Notes: generated by a model from the sequence alone, not told the origin. Shown: positions 1 through 11,214, numbered from the whole stretch's first letter. The stretch: 63,240 nucleotides of DNA, filler included, from Reticulomyxa filosa (GCA_000512085.1; 19 parts of 19 records of this genome joined end to end with filler, not necessarily neighbours in it); one strand, 5' to 3'. A program made the numbers and translations.

Positions 1-1
<1 letters not shown>

Positions 2-33
<32 letters not shown>

Positions 34-232
34 TAATAATGACAGTAATAGCATCACGAAACACATCCACCCAGTGCAAAACAGTACTGGTCCGATTGTG
101 CTTAGCTCGCCAAGTAGTGGTAATACACAACATAGCTCCTCCATACATACTATAACACCCAGTGAACAGCCTCAGCCCAATGCCTCCGCTAACACAGATA
201 AAGATGTTGGTCCAAGTGCCGACAACACATAA
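2..232 (+). CDS. 3' end of a low-complexity Asn/Ser-rich protein (partial)
   Basis: Open frame from the AAT repeat: NNNDNNDSNSITKHIHPVQNSTG...VGPSADNT-stop. No domain recognised. Confidence 0.4.
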
Positions 233-608
233 AGATAGAACACCACAACAAATGAAAGTTAGACAAATCTCATCGCTCCGTTTTTTTATTTTATTTTTGG
301 ACAGACCATGTTTCATAGTCAAGGATTGTTACGAGTGCTTCTTTCCACAAATGTTTCATTTCCTTCCATGGCTCCGGTTTTGTGTTTCATTTGTCACTAG
401 ACGTTGGAGAGAAACATGTTCTTTTTTTCTTCCAATACTTAAAAAAAAAAATCCAATTGCAACGAGCTGTAATTCCCTCCATTTAAAAAAAAACATCAAC
501 TTTTCAAGCACACCAGAACCAAAAGATTTATCAAGACACTTGGACAAAAAAGTTCGAGGGGCGTTAAACAAACAAAAAAAAACAAGAAACAACACAACAA
601 ACCCAGCA

Positions 609-2173
609 ATGACTCAGCAAGGTCCGGATAATGCAGCTTTAAATACAGCAATTGTAGAAGAAGATAAAAAAGAGGAAAAAAATTCAAAGTATTATTACAA
701 TGCGAATCCAGTACCCTTGAAAGACGCCCCAGCGGAGCACTCGCAAGCGGAGACCGCAGGAGATGCGGAAATGACAGCATACCTGCAAAAAGAGTTTGGA
801 GAAAAGTTGAACAAAGTGCCGCAAGACGCGATAGTACGCTTTGTCAGAGGTTACGCTCACGAGACAGACAGAAAAAAGGCGACTGTGGAACGTCTGGGCT
901 ATTATTTAGTGCGTTACCTTTTTTTTATATATGTATATAATGTCATGTATGATGTGTCTTTGAAAAATGAAAAGAAGAGCAATCACAAGGGACACAATGA
1001 CAACAAAAAAAAAATAATGTTACGTTTCAGGAGTGCTTTGAGAAATATCACTTTGACACAATGCTGAAAGACGAGTGGGCAGCGGAAGAAGAATGTTTGA
1101 AAGCGTGGCCAGTTTATATTTACGGTTCGGTGATCATTGTAAACTTTTTTTTTTTTTTTGAGTCTTTGTTAAGTGCAATTCCTAACAAACAAATAAATAA
1201 ATAAACAAATTTTTTTTTTTTTAAAAATGAAAGGTACGGACAATCAAGGACATCCGGTATTATATGACGAAGTTGGTTGTTCGACGTCGGAACTTGCCGA
1301 AACCACATTTGGTGGGGACATGGAAAAACTCCGGATTTTTCGCTTGCGCTTTATGCAACGCTTAGCCGAGCGGTACAAGTCTATGTCCATCACTTACAAA
1401 CACCAACACGCTTTCATATTGCCATTTACTAGTCATTGTTATTATTACTATTATTAATTATTAATTATTATTTATCACATATTGATTTTTAATATTCAGT
1501 AATAACAATAACAATAACAATAATGACAACAAAACAAAAATAGCAAAGCGAAACTCTCAAAGAGGCACGGAGTAATGATATACAAACATGTGATGGTCAT
1601 GGATGTTAGTGGGGCGTCCATGTCATCTTTGAACAAATTCAAAAATTTGGTTCAAACTGTCATCACTGAAGAACAGTTTTGTCTTCTTTCGTTTTTTTTT
1701 TTTGGTGCAAGTCTTGTCTCATTTTTTGTCTTCAAATTTTTTTTTAAAAAAAAAGACATCTATTTCCAGAAACGCTGTATAAATTGTTTATTGTTAACGC
1801 TTCCTGGACATTTCGGGCGATTTGGAAAATTGTGTCCAATTTCGTAGATCCCATCACTTATCAAAAAGTGTTGTGTTTTTTCCATCTTTTTCTTACATCC
1901 TTTTTTTTTTTTTTTTTTGAAAAAAAAATGCTCAAACGTAAAAAGATTTAATAATAAATATAGGTAAATGTATTGGGAGGTAGCTATTTAGATGAAATGT
2001 CGAAAATAATCGACAAAAATGAGATTCCTCCAAAATACGGCGGAACTGCTTCTAGACTGATCGCTTATGGAATGGACAGCGAAGACGCGGAAGCTGCTCG
2101 ACAACAAGAGGCCAAAGAACCAACCGAAGAAAAAGAAAAAGAAAAAGGGAACGAAAGCGAAAACAAATCGTAA
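609..2173 (+). CDS. CRAL-TRIO/Sec14-family lipid-binding protein, 6 exons
   Basis: GT-AG exons 609-908, 1031-1124, 1234-1372, 1544-1675, 1756-1867 and 1964-2173 join in frame. Motifs: DAIVRFVRG, YIYGTDNQGHPVLYD, VMVMDVSG, FPETLYKLFIVNASWTFRAIWKIVSNFVDPITYQKV, IDKNEIPPKYGG. Confidence 0.92.
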
Positions 2174-2298
2174 CAAGGAAACAAATAAAATACGTTAATT
2201 AGAGCATTTAATAAATGTTGATTTGTAATGTCACCATGCATAGTGAGACATTATGCATGTTCAATGATGGGTTCCCCCCTCATATCCAAAAAAAAAAA

Positions 2299-2398
2299 NN
2301 NNNNNNNNNNNNNNNNNNNNNNNNNNNNNNNNNNNNNNNNNNTTAATTAATTAANNNNNNNNNNNNNNNNNNNNNNNNNNNNNNNNNNNNNNNNNNNN
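2299..2398. other. Artificial contig linker N44-TTAATTAATTAA-N44 (first of 18)
   Basis: Identical 100-bp spacer with stops in all six frames. Copies start at 2299, 4025, 6714, 11215, 14086, 18038, 20046, 21773, 23020, 24260, 25669, 35722, 41599, 50549, 56641, 58794, 60970 and 62080. Confidence 0.98.
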
Positions 2399-2989
2399 TT
2401 CAATTGAATAATTAAATTTTGTGTGTTGTAATCAAAATCTCATATTTAACTATTTTTATCATTTGACCCAGAACAATCAATATCTTCTATCCAGTTTTCA
2501 TTTTCAACTTTTTGATTAAGGTTTTCTTCGTGTAAAATGAAACATGATTGAGCTCTTTTCTATAAGGGCAATGAAATGGGTTGTTCCTTCTCATAAAACT
2601 TCGATTTTCTTTTTTAAAATGGGAGGGACATTAATAACGTATACCTGTTTAAAAATGAACAAATTTTGAACGTCTCATTGATTTTGTTGATTTTATGTTT
2701 TTGCAATATCTTAAAACAATGTATGCTTCTTTCTTCCTCCCCTTCTTAACAAACCAGAACACTTTTTTAAACATTTTTGCAAGGTTACTAAAAAAAAAAA
2801 AAGAAAAGTAGGGCAAAAATATCGAGAAAAAAAATCAATAATAGTTAAATCAGAAGGAGGTAAAAAAAAGCAAGCAATGACCGATTTCCGTGTAAATACT
2901 CTAACGCTGTTTGACGAAATTCTGTTGCCATTATGCAGCGGTGGTACGATTCGCCAGCATGATTTGTATCATTCAAGCAACGAATATTT

Positions 2990-3640
2990 GTACGAGTCAA
3001 CAGAAAGGAAGCTGAGTTTGATATTGGCGAACGAGCGAATAAGTTGCAGCTTTCTATTTGCGTATGAAATCAAGGCATATGTGTATGGACAGCCCATCGA
3101 AAGGGAAAAGATTATTTGTGGCGCGCAAAAACGTGGCAAAAAACATGATAATGTATTTGCATCGTGATATCCTGACGTATACGAAAACGAAATACAAGTA
3201 TTGTATGGCCTGTTGAATATTCACTATTTGTAATAAAATATAGCGTTGATGTCGTTGGTGGTAATTCTAATGTGATATGTTCTGCATCGCTAAATACAAT
3301 TCATTTTTTGGGTATTCGATCAAATAAGGATCAATTGTACATGATCAAAGGAGATAAGAAAAAAGTATAAAATAACATGTTTTAAATTTTTACAATTTAA
3401 AAAGAAAAAAAAAAGAGTATTTTTTGGATCAAAAATATTATTAATGAATATTATAAAATATTTTGAAACATAATATTATTTCCTTATTGCTGACAATTGC
3501 AAAAAATAGACGTCATTATCTTGGAAAATAACAACGATTTAAATAATTCAAACAAATTTAAATATTTTTATACCAGACATGAATTGGATCACATACAGAT
3601 GTGGAGGTCAGATTCACTTTCAAAAAAGGGATATGCATTT
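2990..3640 (+). pseudogene. Degraded WD40-repeat gene of the expanded Reticulomyxa-type family
   Basis: Frameshifted remnants VDVVGGNSNVICSASLNTIHFW / IRSNKDQLYMIKGD near 3245-3360, plus a C-terminal HIQMW remnant. Multiple stops; boundaries approximate. Confidence 0.55.
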
Positions 3641-4124
3641 GGTTTGATTTATTTTGGAACCAATAAATCATTTTTTTAAAAACCAATCTTAACGTTTGAT
3701 ACAATGAATAAAGTTTCCTTTCTAAAGTGAACATTATCAAATAGTTTGTCAAATAAACAAAAAAAACCAACAAAAGTTTTGAAATGAAATAATTCCAAAA
3801 ATATCATTGGCTAAATAAAAATAAATCAATGACAATTAATTCTTTTCCCCACATTCAATACATTTTCACTTCACTCTCAAACAATCTTCACCTGGAGATA
3901 CTGTTTCAAAAAACAATTCAACATCACATTCATTCAAATACCACACAGCTGGATTGTATTTGTCTTGTTCCAATCGTATTAGTATCTTCCATTTGTTTAA
4001 TTCATTTTCAATACTCTTCTTTTTNNNNNNNNNNNNNNNNNNNNNNNNNNNNNNNNNNNNNNNNNNNNTTAATTAATTAANNNNNNNNNNNNNNNNNNNN
4101 NNNNNNNNNNNNNNNNNNNNNNNN

Positions 4125-4190
<66 letters not shown>
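4125..4190. repeat. (TA)n microsatellite, intronic, at contig start
   Basis: Pure TA run. Confidence 0.95.
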
Positions 4191-4199
<9 letters not shown>

Positions 4200-4218
4200 T
4201 GTGATGATATACGTAAAG

Positions 4219-5464
4219 TGGGACCCTTGGATCGCTTGCTCAAAATCAACAGCAAATTCATATTGTCTGACGTATTCGTCGACGTCGGAGCACAAATGTG
4301 TGGCGAGTAGTTCGGCGTATTCAAACAGCGGCAAGTATTTGTGCAACCAAACCACGTACCAACTCAACCCGTTTGCGTGTGAAGTGAGTGACTTGGACGG
4401 AAAGTACGGGCGATTATTTTTGAGTAATGGCAATCAAACCTTCATTCGAACGGATGTTTCATTTTGGGAAATGAAGTCTTCTGACCTCCATGCCAAGTCG
4501 ATTGTCTTTCATTGCGGGCAGTCCAACGACCGTGCTTTTTGCGCTCCCTTCAATACCTCCAGCTATACTGCTGCTACCAGCTCCATTTCTCAAACAGGTA
4601 TACATATATATATATATATATACATAAAGATGGAGCCACTCGACAGAGAAGAAAAGAGTGGTGGGGGTAGGAAAAGAAGAGGCTCTAAACAAAATTTGGA
4701 GTGACTCCAAAATGTTACACTCTATCTATACTATATACATATATAAAGTGGATAGTAATGTGAAAGCGTCATTTGAAAAGCTGTCAAAAGGTTCAAAAAT
4801 TGAATTAAATGCCGACGGGACTTATAAAGTGCAATTGAATTTGACAAGCATAAAATCGTCAATAAATTGCGAAAGCGTGATTTATCGCATTTACAACTCG
4901 TGGAACGACACGAACAAAGAGACGTCGTACATTGGCAATGAAAAGTGTTCGCGAGTAGTAGGTCGAGTATATGATCCGACAGCTACGTGTTTGCCCAATA
5001 GTGACTCCAAATTTTGCCACCATTCACCATTCCTGTGCAATGACACTACGTACGTGTATCAGTGCAATTCAACGGCCAATCGCTACAGCTGCTCTCCGAG
5101 TGACTTATCCGGAAAGTATGGAGCTCTACACACTCTAAACTTGTCGAGGCTCTACTTTTCCTTGAATGGAGTGGATGACGTGATGGTCCCTCTGAACTTG
5201 TTGCACTACCCCAACTCCAAATCTATCGTTTTGGAGTGCGCTTCTAATAACTCTATCCTCGCTTGCGCCAAGCTTACCTTTAATGTCAATTCGGACGACA
5301 GCAGCTCGTCCACCGTTGTCATTATTATCATTATTGTCTTTAGCATCATCGGCGCCATTGCTGTTGGCGTCTTCATTTATTTGTGGTGTAGAAAGCCAGC
5401 CCCTGCTAATCCGAGAGACGAAGAAGAAAATATACCTTTACACCCCAGACAACAGTCTCTTTAA
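4219..5464 (+). CDS. Type I membrane protein with at least 2 Cu-only SOD-like (Sod_Cu) repeats, 5'-partial
   Basis: Exons 4219-4597 and 4749-5464 (GT-AG, frame-consistent). Repeat 1: WDP..C..ACEVSDLDGKYG..KSIVFHC..RAFCA. Repeat 2: YRIY..C..GRVYDP..CSPSDLSGKYG..KSIVLEC..ILACAKL. These are followed by TM segment VVIIIIIVFSIIGAIAVGVFIYLW and a short tail. Confidence 0.75.
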
Positions 5465-5877
5465 TTTTTTTTTTTTCTTTTTTTGCAATATGTATCCATT
5501 GTTACTACTTCTTAGCGTTCATACGTCTTCTTATTATCGGATCATATTTTATTTCATAATACTGTCTTTTTTTCAATAGCATCTTTGTAAGTCTTCGAAA
5601 AAAAGAAAGACATGGAAGTAAATAGATCCAACCTGTTTCAATTTAGAATAAAAAACACTTTGTTATCAATAGCAAAAAAACTGGGATGGAACAATAAAAA
5701 AAAGGTACGTTCAATCTAGATTTTTTTTTTTCTCCAGGGGGCCGTGAAAAAAAAAAGATATCATAATAAAATATCAAGCTTGCAATATTAAAAAAAAAAA
5801 AATCGTGTAGAATAGGAAAGGGAGGGGCATAAATAAACAAATCTAAAAATAAGAAAGAAGCGAAAATATAAAAAAAC

Positions 5878-6254
5878 ATGACATTGCAAGCGCAAGTGTT
5901 GTTTGAGTACGAAGCACAAGACGGCGACCAGTTGACAATAAGGCCAGGAGACATAATAGAAATCCTGGACAACTCGACGGGTTTGAATGGATGGGCACTT
6001 GGTCGAAGAGGGTCAGTGGAACTTGTATGTATAAAGAAGAGGAAAAACAAGGATAGAGAGGACACCAAAAAAAAAAATAAAAAATAAGTAACAGCAAAAT
6101 CGCAACAAAAATGTGAATAGAGATAAAGAAGGCTATGTGCCAGCCGAATATGTGCGATATATAGACCAAAGAAATTATGACAGGTATATATTGTATATAT
6201 ATATATATGTTATGTATTTATTGGATTTGAAATCACAATTGAAACGATATCTTT

Positions 6255-6286
<32 letters not shown>

Positions 6287-6713
6287 ATGTAAAGTGGATG
6301 GCACACGGCGGAGTTTGAACAGTATTACACACGTGTGTTGATAGAGGAACAGCAAATGGGGTACTGTGACAAGTTAAAGTATAGCATTGAAGAGGTGTTT
6401 ATCCCGTGGCCATGTTCCAAATACATGTACACGTTCGCGCAGCCTGATTTGAAGCGCAGTGCCGGTTTACATTTGCTTTTCGCTTTTCTCATGGCCGTCG
6501 TGGACACACTTACCATTTTGGCGCCTTGTTTTACTTTCAATACTAATCATACCAGTCAACAGTTAATATTATATACACATATACACATATGTATATGTAT
6601 ATATGTATACATATATATGCATATACATATATTTATGTATATACAATAGTCCGAATAGTTCACAAGTCACATTGACCTGTGTAAACATATCGCTTCGTGT
6701 AGTGTTGTGTTTA
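5878..6713 (+). CDS. N-terminal SH3 domain protein with a downstream hydrophobic segment, 3'-partial
   Basis: AQVLFEYEAQDGDQLTIRPGDIIEIL..GWALGRRG (intron 6012-6120) DKEGYVPAEYV is a canonical SH3. A later exon encodes LHLLFAFLMAVVDTLTILA. Confidence 0.85.
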
Positions 6714-6899
6714 NNNNNNNNNNNNNNNNNNNNNNNNNNNNNNNNNNNNNNNNNNNNTTAATTAATTAANNNNNNNNNNNNNNNNNNNNNNNNNNNNNNN
6801 NNNNNNNNNNNNNAAGCGTTTTAAGATTATTGCTGATCGGTATCGCAATAGAAGAAAGAGGTTTGGCCTACGTTTTAATCTTATTACTGCTTTTTATAA

Positions 6900-7484
6900 T
6901 TGGGAGCTGAAGTTATGAGTTTCGAAAGAAGTCTAATGATAAATAGAGAAAATTCTTTTGCTTTATCCTTACGAGGGGAGATTAGAAGACAAAAGAACGA
7001 AAACAAAGCAGCGCTAGAGGATTTAAATCAAGCTCTCGCGCTTGACCCTTATCGTGCCGAAGCATTATTATCGAGAAGTAAAATTTATATTAACTCTGAT
7101 ATCCCTAACCAAAAAGAAGAAGCTTTAACAGATGAGTTTAAAGCATTTGGAATTAACCCTAAATTGGAGCTTAAATCATTATTTAAGCTATCACTGCTAA
7201 CTATGCTTAGAAATATTGCTGAAATTACAACCAGCTATATAATTGACAGATCGGCCTATTTCAGCAATCCTGGTGAAAAACCTTTTGATCCCTATGCAAG
7301 GACATTTCAATTAGTTAATATTGTTGGCATTTCACATGTAATAAATAATTTAATACGCTCAAATGGAATCGTCATTAAAGAACATCCTGTATTTGAGCTG
7401 CTTGATAGCGAAGTTAGAAAATTAGAACAACAACAAACGAAGGCAAGTGAACCCATGCAAGGAGTGGTAAAATTAGTAAGGTAA
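6900..7484 (+). CDS. Bacterial TPR-repeat protein (start uncertain)
   Basis: ALSLRGEIRRQ..AALEDLNQALALDPYRAEALLSRSKIY fits the TPR pattern. Intronless and convergent with pgk. Confidence 0.65.
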   Translation: MGAEVMSFERSLMINRENSFALSLRGEIRRQKNENKAALEDLNQALALDPYRAEALLSRSKIYINSDIPNQKEEALTDEFKAFGINPKLELKSLFKLSLLTMLRNIAEITTSYIIDRSAYFSNPGEKPFDPYARTFQLVNIVGISHVINNLIRSNGIVIKEHPVFELLDSEVRKLEQQQTKASEPMQGVVKLVR

Positions 7485-7490
7485 GCTGGT

Positions 7491-8684
7491 TTAACTCCTC
7501 AAAACTTCTACCCCTGGAAGCTGACCATTTTCTAAGTATTCAAGAAACGCGCCACCTGCTGTTGAAATGTAGGACATAGAATTTGCTACTCCAGCTTTCT
7601 GCACGGCCGCAACTACATCTCCTCCTCCTATTATGCTAATCAACTTTTTTTCCAGAGTTAATTTACTAATTAGACGGGCAATCGCATAAGTTGTTACCGT
7701 GAATCGGTCATCTTCATACAAACCTAAAGGTCCATTCCATAACACCACTTTTGCTTGTTTTAGAATAGTATGAATTTCAGAGTATGATTCTGGACCCAAA
7801 TCGTAAATCTGTAAACTTTTCGTTATAGAATCAACATTACTTATAACTACATTATTCGTTGCTGTATCCAAACTAGAAAAATCTGAAGGAATATAGATTT
7901 TAGCTTTATGCTGTTTATTGAGAAAAAGCTTAGCTTGGGTTACAAAACTTTCCTCATAGTAGGACTGCCCTATTTCTCTACCCATGGCTTTTAAAAATGT
8001 ATTAGCCATCGCTCCAGTGATAATGAGGTGTTCGAGTCTATCGGCTAAAAAATCAAGTATTTTAAATTTGGTGGAAACCTTCCCCCCCCCTATAATTGCA
8101 ACTGTTGCTTCATTCTGATTGCTTAATACTAAATCCAAATTACTAATTTCCTTTTCCATCAAAAAGCCAGCGTATGAAGGAATAAATTGCGTAATACCAA
8201 CAATTGAAGCATGAGATCTATGCGAGCAAGAAAAAGCATCATTGACATATATATCCGCTAATTTAGCTAACGCCTTTGAAAAGGTTATTTCATTAGATTC
8301 CTCTTCCTTGTAAAATCTGAGATTCTCCAGTAATAAAACTTCTCCTTCCTTTAATTTCATAATTTTTTCTTCAACCTTGTTTCCAACAGAATCATCAATA
8401 AATTCAATAGCATAGCCTGACAATTTTGCTATTTCAGGCACCAGCTGTTGTAAAGACATGCTTGGCACCTTATTACCATTGGGTCTACCAAAATGAGAAG
8501 CTAAAATTACTTTAGCTTTGTTGGCAACAAGATACTCTAAAGTAGGTAATATACTGCTAATTCGCGTGGCATCAATTATTTGCTTATCTATAATTGGAAC
8601 GTTAAGATCTACTCTTAGAAACACTTTTTTATCTAATATATCTGCGCTTTTTAGACTTCTTAAAGATTTATTAGAGGTTACCAT
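7491..8684 (-). CDS. pgk: Phosphoglycerate kinase (bacterial)
   Basis: RVDLNVP, SHFGRP, LLENLRF, YVNDAFSCSHRSHAS, WNGPLG, GGGD, STAGGAFLEYLE. Start overlaps the gap stop. Confidence 0.97.
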   Translation of the reverse strand: MVTSNKSLRSLKSADILDKKVFLRVDLNVPIIDKQIIDATRISSILPTLEYLVANKAKVILASHFGRPNGNKVPSMSLQQLVPEIAKLSGYAIEFIDDSVGNKVEEKIMKLKEGEVLLLENLRFYKEEESNEITFSKALAKLADIYVNDAFSCSHRSHASIVGITQFIPSYAGFLMEKEISNLDLVLSNQNEATVAIIGGGKVSTKFKILDFLADRLEHLIITGAMANTFLKAMGREIGQSYYEESFVTQAKLFLNKQHKAKIYIPSDFSSLDTATNNVVISNVDSITKSLQIYDLGPESYSEIHTILKQAKVVLWNGPLGLYEDDRFTVTTYAIARLISKLTLEKKLISIIGGGDVVAAVQKAGVANSMSYISTAGGAFLEYLENGQLPGVEVLRS

Positions 8685-9681
8685 AATAAACCGCAACATC
8701 TAGCATTCTGTTAGAAAAACCCCACTCATTATCATACCATGCTGCAATACGACAAAAGTTCTCGTTGACTACTCTAGTTTGCGTTAAGTCGAAAATTGAA
8801 CTTTTTGAATTATGATTAAAATCAATAGAGACAAGCTCTTCATGAGTATAATCTAAAACTTTGCCAATCTTACTTTTAGCAGCATCTTTAATGATCTCAT
8901 TAATTTCTATCGCTGAAGTCTTAGATTTACTAGTAAACTTTAAATCCACCATTGAAACGTTATGAGTTGGCACTCTAACTGAGACACCGTCTAATTTTCC
9001 TGCCAATTCAGGTAACACTAAACCTAGAGCTTTTGCCGCTCCAGTACTAGAAGGAATCATAGATATCCCGCATGCTCTAGACCTTCTTTTATCCTTGTGA
9101 ATTGCATCTAAGACACTTTGATCATTAGTATAAGAATGAATAGTAGTCATAAAACCACTTTCTATAGTCAATGCATCGTTAAGAATCTTTGCAATAGGTG
9201 CAAGGCAGTTGGTAGTACAAGAACCAATTGATATAACCTTATCTTCTCTTGTTAATACTTGTTCATTCACTCCATATACTATAGTTTTATCCGCACCCTC
9301 ACAAGGTGCTGAAACTATGACTTTTGATATATTTGATTGTAAATGTTTGGCAGCCGCTTCACGTTTTGTAAACGCTCCTGAACATTCCAAAACTACATCT
9401 ATATTATATTGAGACCAATTAATTTTTTCAGGTTGTATTTCAGAAATAATCGGAATTTTTTTACCGTTAATCTCTATACTATTATCATCAATTTTCTGAA
9501 ATTTATTAAATATGCCGTGAGTAGAATCATAATGTAATAGATGTATGTGGTGATCAATCTGTCCAAAGCCAACATTTACTACAACAACCTCAATATCTTT
9601 TCTTCCACTTTCGACCCAGGCCCGAAGTATACATCTTCCTATTCTTCCAAAACCATTTATAGCAACTTTTATTGTTTTCAT
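8671..9681 (-). CDS. gap: Glyceraldehyde-3-phosphate dehydrogenase type I (bacterial)
   Basis: INGFGRIGR, SCTTNCLAP, TTIHSYTNDQ, STGAAKA, RVPTHNVS, WYDNEWGFSNR. Confidence 0.97.
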   Translation of the reverse strand: MKTIKVAINGFGRIGRCILRAWVESGRKDIEVVVVNVGFGQIDHHIHLLHYDSTHGIFNKFQKIDDNSIEINGKKIPIISEIQPEKINWSQYNIDVVLECSGAFTKREAAAKHLQSNISKVIVSAPCEGADKTIVYGVNEQVLTREDKVISIGSCTTNCLAPIAKILNDALTIESGFMTTIHSYTNDQSVLDAIHKDKRRSRACGISMIPSSTGAAKALGLVLPELAGKLDGVSVRVPTHNVSMVDLKFTSKSKTSAIEINEIIKDAAKSKIGKVLDYTHEELVSIDFNHNSKSSIFDLTQTRVVNENFCRIAAWYDNEWGFSNRMLDVAVYYGNL

Positions 9682-9688
9682 AAATTTT

Positions 9689-10060
9689 TCAAGCAATGAG
9701 GTAATTACAAATATAAACCGCGATAATCATTAAAATACTTGCTATTAAAACTCTTTTAGTAGGAAAGAAATTTAAGTCATTAATTATTTCTTGAGGCTTC
9801 AATTTCAAATTCTCATTAACTGGAATTTTAAGCAGATTAAAATCAAAATCTGTTTCTCCTAAAAATTCTGAATATATTTTAACATATCCATTGAAATAAA
9901 CATGAGATGGTATGTGTTGTGTTTCTCCATCTTCAATAGCTTTAATATAAGATTCTCTTATTTTAAGCTTGTCTGCTACTTCTTTATACGAAATATTCAT
10001 CTGTTGTCTTCGCGACTTTAAGCTTTTGCCAATTTCAATATAATAATCCTTATTAATCAT
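9689..10060 (-). CDS. HTH (RodZ-like, HTH_25) membrane protein
   Basis: IGKSLKSRRQ..ISYKEVADKLKIRESYIKAIEDG..YFNGYVKIYSEFLG plus a C-terminal TM segment. Lacks the RodZ periplasmic domain. Confidence 0.8.
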   Translation of the reverse strand: MINKDYYIEIGKSLKSRRQQMNISYKEVADKLKIRESYIKAIEDGETQHIPSHVYFNGYVKIYSEFLGETDFDFNLLKIPVNENLKLKPQEIINDLNFFPTKRVLIASILMIIAVYICNYLIA

Positions 10061-10504
10061 TATTTTCCCCGTATAATTGGTTAGCTTGCTCTACAAAAGC
10101 CGACGCCATTTTTTCTGCTGCCTTGTTAAAAAATATACCGATAATTTTTTCAAGTACAACTGATTTGAAAGCAAAGTCTATATGAAAATTAATTTCAGTA
10201 CCTTTTTCATTTTGTTTTAATTCCCAGGTATTATTAAGGTATTTAAACGGTCCAGAAACCATCTTTACCTTCACTGAGGCTTTGTTTTTAAGAGGTGGAC
10301 TAAGGCTTATTTCACTTCTATATCGCTCTACGAATGCTTTAAAAGAGATCTCCAAATCTGCAATAATTGTTTTATCTGATTCTTCAACAATATTTACTGA
10401 ATTACACCAAGGTAAGAATTCTGGATAGATTCAATATCTATAATTAACTCATAGATTTGTTCTATATTGAATTTAGAAAAATATTTATTGTTAAATTCTG
10501 TCAT
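10053..10504 (-). CDS. ratA: RatA/PasT/Coq10-family START-domain protein, 1-nt frameshift near 10426
   Basis: AGGA RBS precedes ATG at 10504. MTEFNNK..IYELIIDIES / YPEFLPWC..GPFKYLNNTW..FHIDFAFKS..AFVEQANQLYG. Confidence 0.85.
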
Positions 10505-10506
10505 TC

Positions 10507-11214
10507 CTATTTTTCATTTATATTATTCCAGGGTCTATCATCAATAAAATCTTTAGTGCCAACAATTTTCATTTTATCTTTTTCTATCCATATCGATAGA
10601 TTACCTCTTCTTTTTAGGCTTGTTAGATTAACATATTGTTTAACATTTTGGCAAATAAAAGCATCTTCTGAAAGATTGATGACTAATACATGATTAGTGC
10701 ATTGGTTCAAATTAAAATTATTTTCCTTTATTATCAACACCTTATCCATATAGTTGCAATAATTTAATCGGCAATCAGACATCATATTGTCCTTTAAAGG
10801 TAACAATTCTGCTCCTTCCATGTTCTGCCAAATTTCTCTAACAAACCTGGCTTTCGCTTTGGAGGATACCAATAATCTGCCATTTGTATCTCTAACTGCA
10901 AATAATTTCCCTTGCTCTTCTACTAAAAGATCTGGTTTTGCCAACGGATTCTTCAAAAAAAAGCCCACAATTATAATTGGTAGTATTAGTAATTTTAATC
11001 TTGTTTTAGTGATAAAGAACGTTATCCCACCCATGCTAATTAGCATAATACCCATAATAGAAAAGCTTGGTAACCTAATTAAAGCAAAAGGCAACTCACT
11101 AATTTTAAGAGAAAAATTATATATCAACTCAATCCCATACAGGGCGATCGGATGAATAAAAATTATAAACAAGTTAGGATTTGAGCCATATAAAGATCAT
11201 TCCAACCAGCAGTA
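10507..11214 (-). CDS. comEC: ComEC/Rec2 competence protein, C-terminal part (5'-partial)
   Basis: TM helices followed by PDLLVEEQGKLFAVR..SSKAKARFVREIW..RRGNLSIW..RPW, the typical alphaproteobacterial ComEC tail. Confidence 0.7.

Noticed and set aside
162-608. N-terminal extension of the 162-1067 ORF
   Set aside because: It is an open frame through intergenic sequence. The Sec14-like protein plausibly starts at ATG 609, and the ORF end is intron read-through.
2343-2354. TTAATTAATTAA recurring 18 times as a possible biological repeat or CRISPR-like array
   Set aside because: It is always centred in a fixed N spacer, so it is an artificial six-frame-stop linker. ORFs ending in XXX-LIN are artefacts.
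10420-10432. Programmed frameshift or pseudogenisation of ratA (likewise CysRS 21306, CDC27 and guanylate kinase 53898)
   Set aside because: Each is a small indel at a short base run in an otherwise conserved gene, and they occur in both host and bacterial contigs. Homopolymer sequencing error is the simplest explanation.
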